Of a stretch of DNA of 64,000 nucleotides, positions 60,701 through 64,000 are shown one piece after another. The notes beneath the pieces are model-generated. The model saw only the letters and a list, made by a program, of their open reading frames with translations, was not told the origin of the DNA and did not search any database. The translations under genes were made by a program, and so were the position numbers. Numbering within the stretch: position 1 is the first letter of the stretch; every line of letters begins with the position of its first letter. The DNA is from Pyrinomonadaceae bacterium (GTDB lineage Bacteria > Acidobacteriota > Blastocatellia > Pyrinomonadales > Pyrinomonadaceae): contig JBGTHZ010000042.1 in the NCBI GenBank assembly GCA_041745915.1, positions 23,146 through 87,145 on the forward strand, in the 5' to 3' direction.

Positions 60701-61656
60701 GTGGTTGTCGCCAGCTCGCGCTCATTTACTTTCCCACTCAAGTCCCACAACTTCAGGCGCTTGTCGACGATCCCAGACACAAGAAAACGGCCGTCGGAGG
60801 CAAACGCAATCTCTATGCTCTCAATTTCTTTGTTAGGCAGATTTACGGCCCGAGCTTCGCGCCCAGTCGCCAGGTCCCAAAACTTGACCTCGTGTTTTTC
60901 TAAGCCGTCTGTCACAACAAAGGCCAATTGGTTTCCATCCGGAGTAATCGCACCGCCACCTCCACCTCCCATTAAAGCCGAGGCGCTCAAATTCATTTCT
61001 ATGCTAATCGAACGCAGCTCTTGTCCGGACGCAGCGTCCCAAACTCTGATCGCGTCGCTGACTGTGACAACGCGACCGTCAGGCGTAAACCCGATGAAGG
61101 AGATACCGGAGATCGCTGAGGTCATTGAGCCCTGAGCTCCGGCGAGTGTCTGCAGTTCTCTTCCCGATATCACGTCCCAGATTTTTACTGAGTTGTCGCC
61201 GGCGGCGGCAGCGACGAGACGGCTGTCCCGGCTAAAGGCGATGAAGGGGGACATACCCATTCCACTGTGAGTGCCGCTGGATAAGTTACGTAATTCGCGT
61301 CCGGTGCTCGTCTCCCATAGTTTGACGCTGCTGCTACGAAACGACGTAGTTGCCAGGAGTCGACCATCGGGACTGAAAACAAGTCGTGTCGCCCCAAAAA
61401 TGTTGTTGTAGCCGGTTTGTAATACCAGTTCCGGCTTAGCCTCTCGGGCCGCCTGACCGGACTGCGAAGTATTGGCGGGACCGGAGGTCTGGACACCAAT
61501 GCCCCGTTTCTCCGGGGAGTCGGGAGTTGTAGTCGGGGCAGGTACTTGTGCGGAAATACCGTTTGAAACGGCGGTCATCAGAACGATTAGGAATGAAAAG
61601 AGTAGCGCTATAACGGCGGCCAACGTGTTGCGCTGAGTCTGAACGGTTTTCTTCAT
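57727..61656 (-). CDS. Exported WD40 beta-propeller protein with C-terminal caspase (peptidase C14)-like domain
   Basis: N-terminal hydrophobic signal/anchor, ~800 aa of WD40-type repeats (SPDGRLLA, KLWD/RIWD, TGRELR), and a C-terminal YVIAVGLNEY...IIYFAGHG...LLMVIDACNSGQA (His-Cys dyad). Confidence 0.85.
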   Translation of the reverse strand: MKKTVQTQRNTLAAVIALLFSFLIVLMTAVSNGISAQVPAPTTTPDSPEKRGIGVQTSGPANTSQSGQAAREAKPELVLQTGYNNIFGATRLVFSPDGRLLATTSFRSSSVKLWETSTGRELRNLSSGTHSGMGMSPFIAFSRDSRLVAAAAGDNSVKIWDVISGRELQTLAGAQGSMTSAISGISFIGFTPDGRVVTVSDAIRVWDAASGQELRSISIEMNLSASALMGGGGGGAITPDGNQLAFVVTDGLEKHEVKFWDLATGREARAVNLPNKEIESIEIAFASDGRFLVSGIVDKRLKLWDLSGKVNERELATTTTDRGVSRFSRDGRMLALAEGFTVKLWDVATLRELPMLTAPHSGLLPSQMSIFANFSEDGKKLATGGFLTPTILWETETLKQLVKMSGRTNMAYEVAFSTDGTRLSSGGRTRWDLRTGRGSRLTTAPSDSVFGMPGPDGKLLATFTMNSNVVTILEIPSGRELRRLAPATGGGVINRVHFSPDGTMLLTSYGSDPQQMQNPSINNPGSNENQLKIWDVKSGNELRSISLGLGGASKAGLSSDGRTLGTLGAMGQISLWDAQSGKRIRDLTSSPLANLGALSNPGSMPTSVNPKTILNPGAMKSGSVAMPNIADLSAMMTNMMGAMSAGTMGQTVTSLAFSSDGHMLATGGVETKSNFDMAAMMAGAMNPGKRPKKQPTPDPQDFMKNMKVETTGQVRLWDVASGSQVGELKGHGKGITEVAFSRDGRLLASGSTDNTIRIWDLATKRELRTLTGHTSNIESMDFSPDARLLASASDDGGTFLWDTSTGEHLATLISLDDGGEWMVVTPQGLFDGTPVSWNQILWRYNQDTFNVAPIEWFFNEYYYPGLLSDILAGKRPRVAQDVSRKDRRQPVVKLSLAGEPAPATGIATRRVKVKLEVTDSPADKDHPQGTGARDLRLFRNGSLVKVWHGDVLKGKPAVTLEEEITVTAGANALTAYAFNKDNVKSKDAQLPLIGADSLKRAGIAYVIAVGLNEYANPQYNLKYAVADAQSFGDEVRARQTQVGRFERVEVVPLLDENATKANILLALKRLAGAAEPPSLKAGFLDRVKPAEPEDIVIIYFAGHGTAQAQRFYLIPHDLGYTGDRTRLSEQGLQSILSHSISDIELEEAVEGMDAGHLLMVIDACNSGQALEAEEKRRGPMNSKGLAQLAYEKGMYILTAAQSYQAALEAAHLGHGLLTYALVEEGLKTPIADVEPKDGLLSAREWLDFATERVPQMQEAKMKETRGVGLEIAFTEGEQNIADPEKRTLQRPRVFYRRESEASPLVIAKP

Positions 61657-61717
61657 TGCAGTATTTCCTTCCGGCTGGTTCCTAAAGTCTAATCTGTAAG
61701 TTTATTAGCTCAAAGCG

Positions 61718-61936
61718 CTATGAAAACCTCACATGCTCGAGCAAAAGCAATCCGACAGAGATAAGAGCTAACACATACATTACCGGATTAATCTCGCGGC
61801 GTCTGCCTGCCAACAGGTACATGCCGACGTGGGAGATAAACCCCCAGAGGATGCCCTGGGTGATCGAAAGAGTCAGCGGGATCAGGATGATGGTCAAAAA
61901 TGCCGGCAGTCCTTCCTCAATTCTCGAAAAGGAAGC
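61718..61936 (-). pseudogene. 3'-terminal relic (72 codons) of an NCS2/AzgA-type purine permease gene
   Basis: Minus-strand frame reads ...IEEGLPAFLTIILIPLTLSITQGILWGFISHVGMYLLAGRRREINPVMYVLALISVGLLLLEHVRFS*. An in-frame TGA lies immediately upstream at 61937-61939 and there is no start codon. It abuts repeat D3 and is not in the ORF track. Confidence 0.7.
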
Positions 61937-61948
61937 TCAAGCTGGCCT

Positions 61949-62043
61949 AATTTGCAGTCAGGAAGGTGGGCCCTGTCCCCGCTCTTACGCTGAGTGGCAT
62001 TCAACTTGGGCGGGGACAGGGTCCACCTTCCTGACTGCAAATT
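61949..62043. repeat. Family D MITE-like element, divergent copy 3 (same termini, different but still complementary arms)
   Basis: aatttgcagtcaggaaggtgggccctgtccccgc pairs with gcggggacagggtccaccttcctgactgcaaatt (one G-T). The loop motif tgccactc is in inverted orientation relative to copy 2. Confidence 0.85.
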
Positions 62044-62058
62044 ACCGGGACTCGCCTT

Positions 62059-63696
62059 CTAACCTTCCCGGTTCCTCATTGAGCGTGGTTGAAATCTTTT
62101 TACGTAACTTCGATAGTCAGTGACTTCTTCCTGAACTTGAGTTTCAGACCAGCCCAGGTGTTTCGTTGCGATTGCCGAGGCTTTTTCATCCGCTCCAATT
62201 CCTGCCGACGAGTTGAAGCCCACCATCGTCCGCCTCAATAGACAATCGGCAAGTGTCTCGGCCATCTCCTCTTGAAAAGAAAAGATGACCTCGGCCGCAA
62301 TGGCTCCTGTTTCCGTGTCAAACTTTTCAGCTAGCGAATTGTCCTGTACAGCGAGCTTCAGGACCTCGGGAGCGCGAGTTCCATAGACACGCAGCAAGCG
62401 TTCATTTATCTGCGATGGCAGCCCACTATTTCTTTTGAACTCTTCCTGAAACGAATGGAAATGATCTGACACTGCACCTGGCAAAGCGGCGCTGGCCGTG
62501 GAACATTTCGGAAGTTTCTGTCCGAGTTCTCGGCCAATCAAATCGACGGCTTCCTCTGCAAGGCTGCGATAGGTACTGAGCTTGCCTCCCACGATTGACA
62601 GGAGGCTTTCCTGATCCGGTAATTCTTGAATGAAGTGCCTACGAGTGATCCCTTCCTCATTTTTGTTTTCTGTGTAAGGCAATGGACGTACACCCGCATA
62701 AGTGTAAAGAACCTCATCGCGTGTAAGCCGGGCCGAGGACATGACTCTGTTTGTTTCGCGCAATAGATAATCGATCTCATCATCTTCGATTACGACGTAG
62801 TCCAGATCGCCTGTGAATCGAATGGCAGTCGTGCCGATCAAATACTTGCCGTCCCAGGGAATGATAAAGAACGGTCGTTTGTCTGATTCCGCTTCGATGT
62901 ATAGCGCCGTAGAGGGGGCGCCGGCAAAGGAGTTCACGATAATATGGCTGCCCTTCGTGCCCCCGATAAGCCGCTTCGACGGGCACTGTGCATGTTTCAA
63001 AACTTCATCTACCCAGGGGCCGGCAGCATTCACAATGATTCGGCCCCGAGGCGCAAAAGAAGCGCCGGTTCGAACGTCAATGAACTCGACGACCCGATCC
63101 GCATCCGTGAACTGGCTAGTTAACTTCTGCACGTGAGCATAAGTGATGACTGTTGCGCCGTACTCTTTTGCCGAAAGCACGTTCTCCACCACGAGACGTT
63201 CGGCGAACTCCACCTGAGCGTCATAGTAAACCGCCGCTGCCCGCAGCCCATTTCGATTCAAACCTGGAACCTGTTCGAGAGCTTCATCGCGCGAAATCAT
63301 GCGGTGCCGGGGCAACGACTTGCCGAGCGAAAGCATGTCGTAGGCAATCATTCCCACACGAATCGTCAATGGACCACGCGCAGCTTGCTTGTAGATCGGA
63401 AACAGGATTGGTAACGGCCTGACCAGGTGAGGGGCAATGCGAAAAAGGGTCTCTCGTTCCCGCAGCGATTCGCGCACCAGTCCGAGCTCGGCGTGCTCGA
63501 GGTATCGCAAGCCTCCATGAATCAACCGCGTAGACCAACTGGTCGTACCGCCGCCGATGTCACCCTTATCGAGCACGAGTACTTGTAATCCGCGCATCGC
63601 GGCATCGCGCGCGATCCCTGCGCCGTTAATGCCAGCGCCTATGATGATCACATCGAAAGTATTTTCCGAGATGTTTGCTGGTATTCGAGACGACAT
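62059..63696 (-). CDS. glpD: FAD-dependent glycerol-3-phosphate dehydrogenase
   Basis: DVIIIGAGINGAGIARDAAMRG dinucleotide-binding motif, TSWSTRLIHGGLRYLE, 545 aa. Confidence 0.9.
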   Translation of the reverse strand: MSSRIPANISENTFDVIIIGAGINGAGIARDAAMRGLQVLVLDKGDIGGGTTSWSTRLIHGGLRYLEHAELGLVRESLRERETLFRIAPHLVRPLPILFPIYKQAARGPLTIRVGMIAYDMLSLGKSLPRHRMISRDEALEQVPGLNRNGLRAAAVYYDAQVEFAERLVVENVLSAKEYGATVITYAHVQKLTSQFTDADRVVEFIDVRTGASFAPRGRIIVNAAGPWVDEVLKHAQCPSKRLIGGTKGSHIIVNSFAGAPSTALYIEAESDKRPFFIIPWDGKYLIGTTAIRFTGDLDYVVIEDDEIDYLLRETNRVMSSARLTRDEVLYTYAGVRPLPYTENKNEEGITRRHFIQELPDQESLLSIVGGKLSTYRSLAEEAVDLIGRELGQKLPKCSTASAALPGAVSDHFHSFQEEFKRNSGLPSQINERLLRVYGTRAPEVLKLAVQDNSLAEKFDTETGAIAAEVIFSFQEEMAETLADCLLRRTMVGFNSSAGIGADEKASAIATKHLGWSETQVQEEVTDYRSYVKRFQPRSMRNREG

Positions 63697-63814
63697 GCGC
63701 GAGCTACCGGACTATTGACACAAATATGTAACTATCATACAAGCACTGCGGGCTGTGAGCCGCATTAGATTTAGGTATGAGATCAGTCTTCACTCGGGGA
63801 GTGAGGTGGTAAGC

Positions 63815-63902
63815 GGAGTGCGACACCGCTTTGGATCATTATGACTAGAAAACACTCTGAAAACCAAAGCGCGGTCGACGCTTCGCTTTGCCGACGCACT
63901 CC
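63815..63902. repeat. Imperfect nested hairpin (GGAGTGCG...CGCACTCC with inner CAAAGCG/CGCTTTG)
   Basis: ggagtgcgacaccgctttgg ... ccaaagcgcggtcgacgcttcgctttgccgacgcactcc. Confidence 0.5.
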
Positions 63903-64000
63903 AAAAAAACCGCCGGCTATCCTGCTGGTTGCGTTAATCACTTCTGCTTTGGTCATCTTGACGGGAGCCGCGAGCGCCCAGGATAAAAAGCCTCCGGCTG
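63841..64000 (+). CDS. 5' end of a gene for a signal-peptide-bearing protein (truncated by window edge)
   Basis: MTRKHSENQ...PPAILLVALITSALVILTGAASAQDKKPPA. The first ~20 codons overlap the hairpin above, so the start is uncertain. Confidence 0.35.
   Translation, partial: MTRKHSENQSAVDASLCRRTPKKPPAILLVALITSALVILTGAASAQDKKPPA

Noticed and set aside
60428-61135. A 235-aa plus-strand ORF. Similar antisense ORFs occur at 57790-58185 and 59159-59923.
   Set aside because: They lie antisense to the WD40-caspase gene. The repetitive WD40 coding sequence generates long open antisense frames.

Overview
A gene-dense 64 kb chromosomal segment with about 58 supported protein genes, one tRNA and no rRNA, CRISPR array, transposase or integrase. 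All calls come from motif recognition in the supplied translations and from reading the DNA; no homology search was run. Gene content (a very long BamA, TPM/TPR/carboxypeptidase-regulatory-like fusions, many exported peptidases, LpxI instead of LpxH) suggests a Gram-negative lineage such as Acidobacteriota, but this is only an inference.

Housekeeping blocks:
- rsmE-prmA-era
- Two lipid A-related acyltransferases
- lolCE-lolD and clpC
- bamA-skp-fabZ-lpxA-lpxI
- rsmI, pntAA-pntAB-pntB and glpD

A long minus-strand purine/urate catabolic block runs in this order: Mo, 2Fe-2S and FAD subunits of a xanthine-dehydrogenase-family enzyme, allantoinase, allantoicase, OHCU decarboxylase, HIU hydrolase, and a Cys-free PuuD/DUF989-like membrane protein. 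It also carries some unusual passengers:
- A hicBA cassette 32 bp upstream of the Mo subunit.
- A Pol-beta-type nucleotidyltransferase gene translationally coupled inside the xdh operon.
- An SGNH hydrolase and a membrane protein.

Most notable observations:
1. A 1309-aa apparently exported protein with an N-terminal WD40 propeller, a Met-rich insert and a C-terminal caspase (C14)-like domain that keeps its His/Cys dyad.
2. An M1-aminopeptidase homologue in which all three zinc ligands and the GAMEN motif are substituted, making it a likely pseudoenzyme.
3. Two unannotated gene relics: the 3' end of an NCS2/AzgA-type purine permease cut off at a MITE-like palindrome, and an orphan M16 peptidase tail.
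4. A very high density of intergenic palindromic elements. These include recurrent families with conserved termini and a class of hairpins whose arms are built from tandem 7-10 nt words.

I did not find one clearly delimited multi-gene system that I can call novel. The WD40-caspase/hicBA corner and the embedded nucleotidyltransferase are the best candidates.
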